A stretch of DNA of 64,000 nucleotides from Alphaproteobacteria bacterium. Lineage in GTDB: Bacteria > Pseudomonadota > Alphaproteobacteria > SHVW01. The notes under the pieces are model-generated. The model saw nothing but the letters and a program-made list of their open reading frames with translations. It was not told the DNA's origin and did not search any database. Made by a program: the position numbers and the translations under genes. The stretch covers positions 15,479-79,478 of the forward strand of contig VGDO01000002.1 of assembly GCA_016869645.1 (NCBI GenBank), written 5' to 3'. Below, piece by piece: positions 29,149 to 39,881 of this stretch (the stretch's first letter is position 1; every line of letters begins with the position of its first letter).

Positions 29149-30525
29149 CTAGTTTCCGCCAATTGCGGTCGGAGCAGTCGACCTGAACTTCGGATGCGTG
29201 AAGAGCCGGATGCCGAGCAGCAGGCCGGCAATCCCGAGGCCCGAGGTCAGGCCGGTCAACACGCCTTGGAGACCCCAACCGCGCTCGAAGGCCAGGACGT
29301 AGGCCATGGGGACGGCGACGGCCCAGAACGCTGCGAGCACGATGACCGACGGGACGAGGCCGTCCGACACGCCGCGGAGAGCGGAGTTGAAGAACCCCTG
29401 AAAACCGTCGAAGACGATGAGGAGAGCGGTCAGAAGCAGGGCGATTCTCAGCGTCTCCAGAAACGCTCGATCATCGGTGAACAGGCCGCCGACGGCCATC
29501 GGGAACAAAGCCACGGCGCCGCCGACGCCGATCGAGACGATGGCGTTGAGATCGATGCCGACTCTCACGACGCGGCGCACCGCGTCGATCTCCCGCCGGC
29601 CGACGGTGCCCGCGACGAAAATCGACACGGCCAGCCCCAGTGCGATCGATGGTATGAACGGCATCTGATAGAGGTTCCTGGCGATCTGATAGCCGGCAAG
29701 CGCCTCTGCGCCCAGCATGCCGGCAAAGCTCGCCAGGGTCAGAAACCCCCCGACCTCGAACACGATGGCGCAGGCGACGGGTGCGCCGACCTGCATCAGC
29801 GTCAGGACTCGCCGCCGGATCTCGGCGCGGCCGAGCGGGATCCAGCCGAGCTCCTGCGACGCCGCAGCTGCCAGGATGGCGACCAGCATGAGCCAGCGCA
29901 CGATCGACGTGCTGATCGCCGCACCCAATGCGCCCAGGGGCGCGATGAGATCCGTCACGCCTTGGATGAGGATCAGGTTGAGCACGATCTTCACGCCGAG
30001 CGCCGCGATGATGATGGCAAGCGGCAGCTTCGGTCTGCCGAAGGATTCAAGGTAGAGGCAGGCCGACCAGAACATCAGGACGGCCGGCATGCTCCAGGCA
30101 AACATGCGCAGGACCGGCTCTCCGGCGGACGCGATGTCGGCCGGCTGCCGGGCGGCCGTCAGGAGAACCTCGCCGAGTGCCATGACGAGACCAAGCGCGA
30201 TGCCGAGCAGCGCGGCGACGGCGAGCGAGCCGCTCAGCCAGCAGCGCGCCTCGCGCACCTCGCCGCGGACATGAGCGGTCGCGACCAGGGCCGGCAGGCC
30301 CGCGGCCAGACCCTGTCCCATGGCCGAAAGGGACTGGTGCGGCTGCGCCGCGATGGCGAGATAGGCGAGTTGTTCGATGCCGACACGGCCGACCATGGCC
30401 GTGTCGAGGAACGTCATCGCGAGCAGGCCGGCGCGCGACAACGTCGCGGGACCGGTCAGACCGAGGATCGGCCCGGCGATCTGCCACCACGACATGTCCC
30501 TGCCGCCGAGCTCGCCGCCGGTCAT
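29149..30525 (-). CDS. MATE family efflux transporter
   Basis: About 12 TM helices; FLDTAMVGR, FDGFQG, ALRGVSD, WAVAVP. Confidence 0.85.
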   Translation of the reverse strand: MTGGELGGRDMSWWQIAGPILGLTGPATLSRAGLLAMTFLDTAMVGRVGIEQLAYLAIAAQPHQSLSAMGQGLAAGLPALVATAHVRGEVREARCWLSGSLAVAALLGIALGLVMALGEVLLTAARQPADIASAGEPVLRMFAWSMPAVLMFWSACLYLESFGRPKLPLAIIIAALGVKIVLNLILIQGVTDLIAPLGALGAAISTSIVRWLMLVAILAAAASQELGWIPLGRAEIRRRVLTLMQVGAPVACAIVFEVGGFLTLASFAGMLGAEALAGYQIARNLYQMPFIPSIALGLAVSIFVAGTVGRREIDAVRRVVRVGIDLNAIVSIGVGGAVALFPMAVGGLFTDDRAFLETLRIALLLTALLIVFDGFQGFFNSALRGVSDGLVPSVIVLAAFWAVAVPMAYVLAFERGWGLQGVLTGLTSGLGIAGLLLGIRLFTHPKFRSTAPTAIGGN

Positions 30526-30546
30526 GGATTGGAATCCTGAACGAGC

Positions 30547-31518
30547 TCAGCCGGTGCGCAGATGGCAGGCCGCGAAATGCCCAGGGCTGAGCTCGCGCAG
30601 CACTGGTTCCTCGACGCGGCAGCGATCCTCGGCATGCGGACAGCGCGTATGAAAGCGGCACCCCGCTGGTGGACGCACCGCCGAGGGCACGTCGCCGGCG
30701 ATCAGCGCGCGCCGGCGCTTGCGCTTGGGCTGCGGCACGGGAACGGCGGCCAGCAGCGCCTCGGTGTAGGGATGCTGCGGCCGACGGAACAGCGCGGCCG
30801 TCGGCGCCATCTCGACGATCTTGCCGAGATACATGACCGCGACACGATGGCTGATGTGACGTACCACGGCCAGATCATGGGCAATGAAAAGGTAGGAGAG
30901 ATTGCCTTCCTGCTGCAGGTCGATCAGCAAATTGATGATCTGTGCCTGCACCGACACATCGAGCGCGGAGACCGGCTCGTCGCACACGATGAGGTCGGGA
31001 TTGAGCGCCAGGGCGCGCGCGATGCCGAGGCGCTGGCGCTGCCCACCGGAGAATTCGTGCGGGTACTTCGCCATTTGCTCCGCGCGCAGGCCGACGCGGT
31101 CGAACAGCTCGGTCGCCCGTGCGCGGCGTGACGCCGCATCGCCGATGCCGTAGTTCAGCATCGGCTCGGCGACGATGTCGCCGGCCACCATGTGCGGATT
31201 GAGCGACGAGTAGGGGTCCTGGAAGATCACCTGCATGGCGCGCCGGTACTTGCGGAGCGCACCGCGGCCGAGCGTTGAGATATCGTCGCCGTTGACCAGC
31301 ACGGCGCCCGAGGTCGGCTCGAGCAGGCGCAGGATGCACTTGCCTGCCGTCGACTTGCCGCAACCGCTCTCGCCGACCAGGCCCAGCGTCTCGCCGGCGG
31401 CGAGCTGCAGGCTGATGCCGTCGACGGCGCGCACCGTGCGGCCCTTGCGCAGGGGCAGACCGCCTGAAATGGTGAAATGCTTCACCAGATCGCGCACCTC
31501 GAGGAGCGGCGCGGCCAT
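30547..31518 (-). CDS. ABC transporter ATP-binding protein (OppF-like)
   Basis: [34 protein letters not shown]. Confidence 0.92.
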   Translation of the reverse strand: MAAPLLEVRDLVKHFTISGGLPLRKGRTVRAVDGISLQLAAGETLGLVGESGCGKSTAGKCILRLLEPTSGAVLVNGDDISTLGRGALRKYRRAMQVIFQDPYSSLNPHMVAGDIVAEPMLNYGIGDAASRRARATELFDRVGLRAEQMAKYPHEFSGGQRQRLGIARALALNPDLIVCDEPVSALDVSVQAQIINLLIDLQQEGNLSYLFIAHDLAVVRHISHRVAVMYLGKIVEMAPTAALFRRPQHPYTEALLAAVPVPQPKRKRRRALIAGDVPSAVRPPAGCRFHTRCPHAEDRCRVEEPVLRELSPGHFAACHLRTG

Positions 31519-31519
31519 G

Positions 31520-32545
31520 CTAGCTTGCCGCCACAGGTGCGGGCAGACGGTCGGACTCCCAGCAGGCTGCGATGTGCCCAGGCGCCTTCTGCTCGAGCGG
31601 CGGATATTCGGCGCGGCAGCGCTCGGTGGCGTAGGTGCAGCGCGCCGAGAACGCGCAGCCCTGCGGCATGTCGATCAGCGACGGCACCATGCCCGCGATC
31701 TCGTTGAGGCGGCGGCGCGGATGGTCGTCATCGAGGCGCGGGATCGAGCCGAGCAGGCCGATCGTGTAGGGATGGCGCGGCCGCGTGAACAGCGCCTCGA
31801 CCGGGGCCTCCTCGACCTTGCGGCCGGCATACATGATGACGACGCGCTCGGCCATCTCGGCGACCACGCCCAGATCGTGGGTGATCAGGATGATGGCGGT
31901 ACCGAGCCTCTCCTTGATTTCCTCCATGAGCGCGAGGATTTGCGCCTGGATCGTCACGTCGAGCGCCGTCGTCGGCTCGTCGGCGATCAGGACCTTGGGG
32001 TTGCAGGCGAGCGCCATCGCGATCATGACGCGCTGACGCATGCCGCCGGACAATTGATGCGGATATTGCTCGATGCGTTGACGCGCCTCCGGGATGCGCA
32101 CGAGCTCGAGGAGCTCGACGGCGCGCGCGAGCGCCTGCTTGCGCGTCATGCGCTGGTGCAACCGTAGCGTCTCGACGATCTGCCAGCCGATCGACAGTAC
32201 CGGATTGAGGCTCGTCATCGGCTCCTGGAAGATCATGGAGATGTCGTTGCCGCGCAGATCGCGCATCTCCTGCTCGTCGAGCGTCAGCAGGTCGCGGCCT
32301 GCGAAGCGGATCGATCCCCCGACGATGCGGCCGGGCGGCGAGGGCACGAGGCGAAGGACCGACAGGGCCGTGATGCTCTTGCCGCAGCCGGATTCGCCGA
32401 CGATGCCCAGCGTCTCGCCGCGGTGAAGGTCCCAGGATACGCCGTCGACGGCCTTGGTGACACCGTCGCGGTTGGTGAAATAGGTGCGCAGGTCGCGCAC
32501 GCTGAGCAGCGGCTCGTCGCCCGCGCTCCGGACCACCTCGTTCAT
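31520..32545 (-). CDS. ABC transporter ATP-binding protein (OppD-like)
   Basis: Start ATG 32545 overlaps the permease stop; [25 protein letters not shown]. Confidence 0.92.
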   Translation of the reverse strand: MNEVVRSAGDEPLLSVRDLRTYFTNRDGVTKAVDGVSWDLHRGETLGIVGESGCGKSITALSVLRLVPSPPGRIVGGSIRFAGRDLLTLDEQEMRDLRGNDISMIFQEPMTSLNPVLSIGWQIVETLRLHQRMTRKQALARAVELLELVRIPEARQRIEQYPHQLSGGMRQRVMIAMALACNPKVLIADEPTTALDVTIQAQILALMEEIKERLGTAIILITHDLGVVAEMAERVVIMYAGRKVEEAPVEALFTRPRHPYTIGLLGSIPRLDDDHPRRRLNEIAGMVPSLIDMPQGCAFSARCTYATERCRAEYPPLEQKAPGHIAACWESDRLPAPVAAS

Positions 32546-33420
32546 AGCCGCCTGCGCATGCGCGGATCGAACATGTCGCGCAGCCCGTCGCCCAGCAGAT
32601 TGACCGCGAGGACCGTGAGCGTCAGGAACAGCCCCGGGAAGCCGAGGATCCAGAACGCGACGGTCACGAATTGGCGGCCCTCGGCCATGATGTTGCCCCA
32701 GCTCGGGATCGACGACGGGGTCCCGGCGCCGAGGAAGCTGAGGATCGCCTCGAGGATCATCGCGGAGGCGCAGACATATGTGGCCTGTACGATCAGCGGC
32801 GCCACGGCGCTCGGCAGGATGTGGCGGATCAGGATGCGATGGAAGCGCGTTCCCGTCGCCTCGGCCGCCTCGACGAAGGGCTGCTCGCGCAGGCTGAGCA
32901 CGACCGAGCGGACGAGCCGGACGATGCGCGGCACCTCGGGCACGACGATGGCGATGATCACGGTCTGCACGCTCGCCTTGGTCAGCGCCATCAGCGCAAT
33001 GGCGAGCAGGATGCCTGGAACGGCCATCAGCCCGTCCATGATGCGCATGACAACCGCGTCGATCCAGCGCACGAAGCCGGCAAGCAAGCCGATCGCCGTG
33101 CCGATGACCGACGCGACGACCGCCACCGCGAGGCCGACCTGGAGCGAGATGCGGCTGCCATAGAGAACGCGGCTGTAGAGATCGCGTCCGAGGTGGTCGG
33201 TGCCGAACCACCAGCGCTCCGAGGGCGGGCGCAGCCGGAACACGGGATTGAGCTTCATCGGATCGGAGGTGCCGAGGTAAGGCGCGAAGATCGCCACGGC
33301 CGCCAGCAGCAGCATGATCAGCATGCCCAGCACGATCGTGGGATGGCGACGGACTGTGTCGAACAGTCGGGAGCGCTGGCGGGGGACGGCGAAATCCTGC
33401 GGCAGGCTGTTGGCGGTCAC
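32542..33420 (-). CDS. ABC transporter permease (OppC-like)
   Basis: [32 protein letters not shown]; GTG start inferred. Confidence 0.9.
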   Translation of the reverse strand: MTANSLPQDFAVPRQRSRLFDTVRRHPTIVLGMLIMLLLAAVAIFAPYLGTSDPMKLNPVFRLRPPSERWWFGTDHLGRDLYSRVLYGSRISLQVGLAVAVVASVIGTAIGLLAGFVRWIDAVVMRIMDGLMAVPGILLAIALMALTKASVQTVIIAIVVPEVPRIVRLVRSVVLSLREQPFVEAAEATGTRFHRILIRHILPSAVAPLIVQATYVCASAMILEAILSFLGAGTPSSIPSWGNIMAEGRQFVTVAFWILGFPGLFLTLTVLAVNLLGDGLRDMFDPRMRRRL

Positions 33421-33424
33421 GTCG

Positions 33425-34366
33425 CTAATACCGAATTCGAGGATCGAGAACGGTGTAGAGGAGATCGACCGCCAGGTTGATCGCCAGGTAGATGACGGCG
33501 AAGACGAGGATGACTCCCTGGATGACCGGGTAGTCGCGCCGGAGAATGGCATCGACGGTCAGCCGCCCCAGCCCGGGGATGTTGAACACGCTTTCGGTCA
33601 CGACGACGCCGCCCAGGAGCAGCGCCACGCCGATGCCGATCGTGGTGACGATCGGCACCGCAGCCGGCTTGAGCGCGTGAATGAGCAGGATCGGCAAGCG
33701 CGACAGGCCCTTGGCATGGGCGGTGCGGATGTAGTCCTGGTTGAGAACGTCGATCATGCTGGCGCGCGTCATGCGCGCAATCAGCGCGACATAGACGATG
33801 CCGAGCGCCGTCGACGGCAGAATCAGGTTCTCCAGGAAGGGCAGGAGGCCCTGGCGGATCGGCGTGTAGCCCTGCACCGGCAGGAGCTCGAGCCGCACCG
33901 CGAAGACCCAGATCAGGAAATAGCCCAGTGCGAAGATCGGCACCGAGAAGCCCAACACGGCGAAGCCCATGATCGAGCGGTCGATCCATGTGCCTGCCTT
34001 CCACGCCGCGACGATGCCGATCGGCACGGCGGCGAGAATGGCGACGATCATGGTCATGATCGTCAGCGAGATCGTCGGCTCGATGCGCTGGCCGATCAGT
34101 CGGCTGACCGGCAGGTTGGAGAAGATCGAGGTGCCGAGATCGCCTTGGGCCAGGCGCCAGACCCACTCGACGAACTGGATGTGGAGCGGCCGGTCGAGTC
34201 CGAGCTTCGCGCGGATGCGGTCGATGTCCTGGGCGGTCGCCAGGTCGCCGGCGATTACCGCCGCGGGATCGCCCGGCGACAGGTGCAGCAGCAGGAAGAC
34301 GAACAGCGCCACGACGGCGATAACGGGTATCGCAGCCAGCAATCGCCGCGCCAGATAGGCGTACAT
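33425..34366 (-). CDS. ABC transporter permease (OppB-like)
   Basis: PGDPA, GDLGTSI, DYIRTAHAKG, RDYPVIQG, LDPRIRY. Confidence 0.92.
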   Translation of the reverse strand: MYAYLARRLLAAIPVIAVVALFVFLLLHLSPGDPAAVIAGDLATAQDIDRIRAKLGLDRPLHIQFVEWVWRLAQGDLGTSIFSNLPVSRLIGQRIEPTISLTIMTMIVAILAAVPIGIVAAWKAGTWIDRSIMGFAVLGFSVPIFALGYFLIWVFAVRLELLPVQGYTPIRQGLLPFLENLILPSTALGIVYVALIARMTRASMIDVLNQDYIRTAHAKGLSRLPILLIHALKPAAVPIVTTIGIGVALLLGGVVVTESVFNIPGLGRLTVDAILRRDYPVIQGVILVFAVIYLAINLAVDLLYTVLDPRIRY

Positions 34367-34480
34367 GTGCCGCCAGCCTCCCAACCCCCTGTTTTCGTGC
34401 CGGGTCGGCCGGTCACGCCATTATCGCCAATGTTAGGCGATGGACGATTGACGCTCAAGCTCCGGCCGCGCCGGCCGGTA

Positions 34481-35533
34481 TCAGATGAAAGTCAGCAGGC
34501 GACGCGGATTGGTGACCAGGATCGCCTCGATCTCGCTCTCGGAGAAGCCGCGCCGGCGCATCATGGGCACCACATTGGAGAAGATGTGGCCGTAACCATG
34601 ACCTCCGAAGCAACTGAGCCGGGAGCGGTAGCAGATGTCATGGCTGATGACGATGCGCTCGACATGGCCGCGATCTATCAACGCGCGGATCAGGCGCAGC
34701 CGGATCGCGTCGTTGGGCATGTCGATGTCGGAGAGCTTGTAATAGGACTGTTCCTGGCCGAACAGGTCGAACTCGACGACGCAACCCGAGTCGGCGAGGC
34801 GCAACAGTCGCTCCTCGTCGAAGATCGTGCGGTCGATGTGGCTGATGACGACGCGGTCGATGGCGCCGCCGTTCATGCGGACGAAATCTGCGACCTCCAG
34901 CGGCTGGTCGGGATGGCGACCGGGATGCACATTGATGGCGGCGCCGGTCTCGCGCTGCGCGAGGATTGCGCCTTGCATCACGCGCTTCTCCAGCTCGGTC
35001 CATGGCGCCTGGCAGCCGATCTCGCCGATCATTCCGGCGCGCACGGGCGTGCCCCAGGCGCCGACCTGGACCTGGTCGACCATTTCAGCGGCAAAACTGT
35101 CGACTGAGCGATGCCGGTTGGCCGGATCCTGGTACTCCTCCACATAGTGACCGCAGCCCATCACGATATTGACCCCGGTCCCTTCGGCAATCTGGACCAG
35201 GCCGCGCGGGTCGGGCTTCAGCCCGCCGCAGGAAAGTTCGACGACGGTGCGTCCGCCGGCGTCGCGCATGCGGCCGATTTCATCGATGGCGACGGCAAGG
35301 TCCTCGATGCCGAGACGCAAGTTTCCCGGCGCGACCAGCGTGCCGTAGTTCATCGCCCAGACGTTCTCGAGCGTGATCTGCGGCCCGGGATCATTCTGTG
35401 CGGCGAGGGACGGCGGGCAGATGTCCCACAACACATGCTCGTGCATGAGCGTCGGACCGAGCGAGGCAGGATCGATCGGGCCCAGAACCGTCTGTGCCTT
35501 GCCGCGCAGCTCCGTCCGCGATCGTCGGGTCAT
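34481..35533 (-). CDS. Phosphotriesterase-related amidohydrolase (PTER/PHP subfamily; possible N-acetyltaurine hydrolase)
   Basis: HEH, GEIGC (Glu in place of the PTE carboxylated Lys), HPGR, SHIDRTI, EFDLFG, DIDMP, SHD, GGHGYGHI. Confidence 0.85.
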   Translation of the reverse strand: MTRRSRTELRGKAQTVLGPIDPASLGPTLMHEHVLWDICPPSLAAQNDPGPQITLENVWAMNYGTLVAPGNLRLGIEDLAVAIDEIGRMRDAGGRTVVELSCGGLKPDPRGLVQIAEGTGVNIVMGCGHYVEEYQDPANRHRSVDSFAAEMVDQVQVGAWGTPVRAGMIGEIGCQAPWTELEKRVMQGAILAQRETGAAINVHPGRHPDQPLEVADFVRMNGGAIDRVVISHIDRTIFDEERLLRLADSGCVVEFDLFGQEQSYYKLSDIDMPNDAIRLRLIRALIDRGHVERIVISHDICYRSRLSCFGGHGYGHIFSNVVPMMRRRGFSESEIEAILVTNPRRLLTFI

Positions 35534-35587
35534 GGTCGTCTTCCAGAGATGTCGACATCGCATTCGACCGGCAATCAGCCGGACTTG

Positions 35588-37465
35588 TCAAATCTCGATC
35601 TGCGAGCCGAGCTCCACGACGCGGTCGGTCGGCAGCTCGAAGAATTCCATGGCGCTCGCCGCGTTGCGCGACATCGAGGCGAACAGTGCATCGCGCCATG
35701 GCGACATGCCAGGGCGGACGCTGGGCACCACAGTTTCGCGGCTGAGGAAGAACGAGGTCTCCATCATGTTGAACTCGTGGCCGTGCCGCTTGCACAGCCG
35801 GAGCGCGCGTGGCACGTCGGGTCGCTGCATGAAGCCATAGCGCACGATCATGCGCAGGAACCCGTTGCCGAGATCTGTGACGGTGGTCTGCTCCTGTTGA
35901 GGCACGCGCGGCACGTCCTGGATCTGCATGGTCAGGATCACGTTGCGCTCGTGCAGCACCTTGTTGTGCTTGAGGTTGTGCAGCAGCGCGTGTGGCACGC
36001 CCTCCGTCGTCCCGGTCAGGAACACCGCGGTGCCGGCCACGCGCGTGATGCGCGACGACAGGCTGCGCTGGAGATCCTCGAACGGCATGGCGTCGCGCAT
36101 GCGCCCCTGCATCAGGAGCTCGCGTCCACGCTTCCAGGTCTGAAGCAGCACGAAGATGCCCAGTCCGATCAGCAACGGGAACCAGCCGCCATAAGGGATC
36201 TTCGTCGCATTGGCGAGGAAGAACGCCATGTCGACCGTCAGGAACAGGCCGACCATCAGGCAAGCCGCAATGCGATTGATGCGCCACATCATGAACACGA
36301 CGAAGGCCACCAGCAGGGTGTCGATCAGCATCGTGCCCGTCACGGCCACGCCGTAGGCCGCCGCAAGGTTGCTCGACGTCTGGAAGCCGAGCACGAGCAA
36401 TACAACCGCCACGAGCAGGGTCCAGTTGAGGAACGGGATGTAGACCTGCCCGATCTCGCTGGCCGAGGTGTGGAGGATCTGCAGGCGCGGCAGATAGCCG
36501 AGCTGGATCGCCTGGCGGGTCACGGAAAAGGCGCCGGAGATGACCGCCTGCGAGGCGACCACCGTGGCGAGCGTCGCGAGCACGACCAGCGGAATTTGTG
36601 CCCAGCCGGGCGCCAGACGGTAGAACGGGTTGTCGAGAGCCTGGGGTTGAACAGTCAGCAGCGCGCCCTGGCCGAAATAGTTGAGCAGAAGAGCGGGCAG
36701 GATGAGCGCGAACCAGGCGACCCGAATCGGGCGCCGGCCGAAATGCCCCATGTCCGCGTAGAGTGCTTCGGCGCCGGTCAGCGCCAGCACGACAGAGCCG
36801 AGCGCCAGGAAGGCGAGCCAGCCGTCGCGGAGGAAAAAGGAAATCGCGTAAGCTGGATTGAGGGCGGCAAGGATTTGCGGATAGGCCGCGATGTTGATGA
36901 TCCCGAGCGCGGCCAATGCGGTGAACCAAACGCACATGATGGGACCGAACAGTGCGCCGACCACACGGGTGCCGTAGCGCTGGATCAGGAACAGGCAGAC
37001 CAGGATCGCGACCGTGATCGGCAGCACGAAGATGTGCAAGGCGGGGGCCGCGACTTCGAGACCTTCGATCGCGCTCAGCACGGAGATCGCCGGCGTGATC
37101 ATGCTGTCGCCATAGAAGAGGCACGCCGCAAAAATGCCGAGAAAAGGCACGACCGGCGCCAGCCGCGATCCGTGGGCGATGGCGCTGGTCAATGCCAGCA
37201 GCGCCAGGCTGCCGCCTTCGCCCCTGTTGTCGGCGCGCATCATGACGCCGACATATTTGAACGACACGACGAGCATGACCGACCAGAAGATGAGCGAGAG
37301 CACGCCGAGGACGTGCTCCTGGTCGAGCGCCAGCGGGTGGGCGCCGGCGAAGCATTCCTTCATCGTGTAGAGCGGACTGGTGCCGATATCGCCGAAGACG
37401 ACGCCGATGGCGCCGATCATCAACGTGGCGAGTGGCGGCTTCTCGGAGGTGGAGTTCACCGGCAA
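35588..37465 (-). CDS. kup: KUP/HAK/KT potassium transporter
   Basis: GVVFGDIGTSPLY, ADNRGEGG, TGAEALYADMGHF, LAAAYG, LHNLKHNKVLHE. Confidence 0.95.
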   Translation of the reverse strand: MPVNSTSEKPPLATLMIGAIGVVFGDIGTSPLYTMKECFAGAHPLALDQEHVLGVLSLIFWSVMLVVSFKYVGVMMRADNRGEGGSLALLALTSAIAHGSRLAPVVPFLGIFAACLFYGDSMITPAISVLSAIEGLEVAAPALHIFVLPITVAILVCLFLIQRYGTRVVGALFGPIMCVWFTALAALGIINIAAYPQILAALNPAYAISFFLRDGWLAFLALGSVVLALTGAEALYADMGHFGRRPIRVAWFALILPALLLNYFGQGALLTVQPQALDNPFYRLAPGWAQIPLVVLATLATVVASQAVISGAFSVTRQAIQLGYLPRLQILHTSASEIGQVYIPFLNWTLLVAVVLLVLGFQTSSNLAAAYGVAVTGTMLIDTLLVAFVVFMMWRINRIAACLMVGLFLTVDMAFFLANATKIPYGGWFPLLIGLGIFVLLQTWKRGRELLMQGRMRDAMPFEDLQRSLSSRITRVAGTAVFLTGTTEGVPHALLHNLKHNKVLHERNVILTMQIQDVPRVPQQEQTTVTDLGNGFLRMIVRYGFMQRPDVPRALRLCKRHGHEFNMMETSFFLSRETVVPSVRPGMSPWRDALFASMSRNAASAMEFFELPTDRVVELGSQIEI

Positions 37466-37548
37466 CCGGGGACTGTTTCTGCCGTCGGGGCTATCTAGTG
37501 GGCCTGACGCACGTCTTTAACACCAAAGATGGCTCGCGGTTCCAATGG

Positions 37549-38537
37549 CTAGTGGCGGTGGCATGATGCCCAGTGGCCCGGCGCCAGTTCGCGAAGCGCG
37601 GGCGGCTCGACGCGGCAACGCGCCTCGGCATAAGGGCAGCGCGTGTGGAAATGGCAGCCGGAAGGCGGCTTTGCAGGATTGGGCACGTCACCCGCCAGAA
37701 TGATTCGCTTGCTTCGCGTGGCGCGGGGATTGGGGATCGGCACGGCCGAAAGCAGCGCTTCAGTATAGGGGTGCAGCGGATTGGAGAACAGCGCGCGCTT
37801 CTCGGCCAGCTCGACGATACGGCCGAGATACATGACGGCAATGCGGTGGCTGATGTGCTCGATCACGGCCAAGTCATGCGCGATGAAGACGTAGGACAAG
37901 CGATACTCGTCCTGCAGGTCGGTCATCAGATTGATGACCTGGGCCTGAATCGACACGTCGAGGGCTGAGACCGGCTCGTCGCCGATGATCAGGCTTGGGC
38001 TGACCGCCAGCGCGCGGGCGATGCCGATGCGCTGGCGCTGTCCGCCGGAGAACTGGTGCGGAAAATCGGCCATCTGCTCCGGGCGCAGGCCGACGCGCAC
38101 GAACAACGCGGCGACCCGATCTTCGCGCTCGGCATCGGCGGCAATGCCGTGGATGCCGAATGGCTCGGCGACGATGTCGCCGGCGGTCATGCGCGGGTTG
38201 AGCGACGAGTAGGGATCCTGAAATACCATCTGCATCTGCCGGCGCAGCGGACGAAGCTCGCCGGCCGCGAGGTGCGTGATGTCCCGTCCCTGCAGCCGTA
38301 TCGTGCCGGCCGTCGGCTCGAGCAGCTTGAGCACGGTGCGCCCGACCGTCGATTTGCCGCAGCCGCTTTCGCCCACGAGCCCCAGCGTTTCGCCGCGCCG
38401 CACGGCAAAGCTGACGCCGTCGACGGCGTAGACCGTGCCGATTCGGCGCGCGAGGATGCCGCGGCGGATCGGGAAGTGCTTCTTGAGATCCTCGACCTCC
38501 AGGGTGGCAATGTCGGTTCCGCTGGGGGGCGGCACGC

Positions 38538-38541
<4 letters not shown>
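37549..38541 (-). CDS. ABC transporter ATP-binding protein (OppF-like)
   Basis: Start ATG 38541 overlaps the upstream stop; [24 protein letters not shown]. Confidence 0.92.
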
Positions 38542-39605
<1,064 letters not shown>

Positions 39606-39661
39606 GCTTCCTCGATGGCATTCGGCGTCGGCCGGATCGCAGAAGCATACAGCGTGCCGCA

Positions 39662-39728
39662 AGAAGTGCCGATACAGACTTCGCGATAGCGCTGCTTGGC
39701 CTTGCTTCGGCGATAAATCTTTCGTTGA
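39662..39728 (+). promoter_or_regulatory. Upstream motif set shared with the fgd promoter (putative LysR-regulated promoter)
   Basis: agaagtgccgatacag ... gcttggcc-N14-aatctttcgttga; the same three blocks occur at 46072-46135. Confidence 0.55.
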
Positions 39729-39881
39729 ACGGCAGACGAGCCGAACCGGATACTTTCCGTATCGGATTTGGCTTCGGCGGGGCTCGGGTTTGCGGCTATG
39801 CTCGATCGGCGCCCTGCCTGAACGAAGCCTGCGGCAGTGCGCAGCGAATTAAAATGTGGCTCTGTCCTGGGGAGGACCGTC

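Noticed and set aside
34481-35533. Organophosphate-pesticide phosphotriesterase (opd)
   Set aside because: It lacks the carboxylated Lys and a Tat signal; motifs fit the PTER/PHP subfamily.
33314-37498. Long plus-strand ORFs of 597 aa and 795 aa
   Set aside because: Antisense to a permease, the PTER-like gene and kup; typical stop-poor antisense frames in high-GC DNA.
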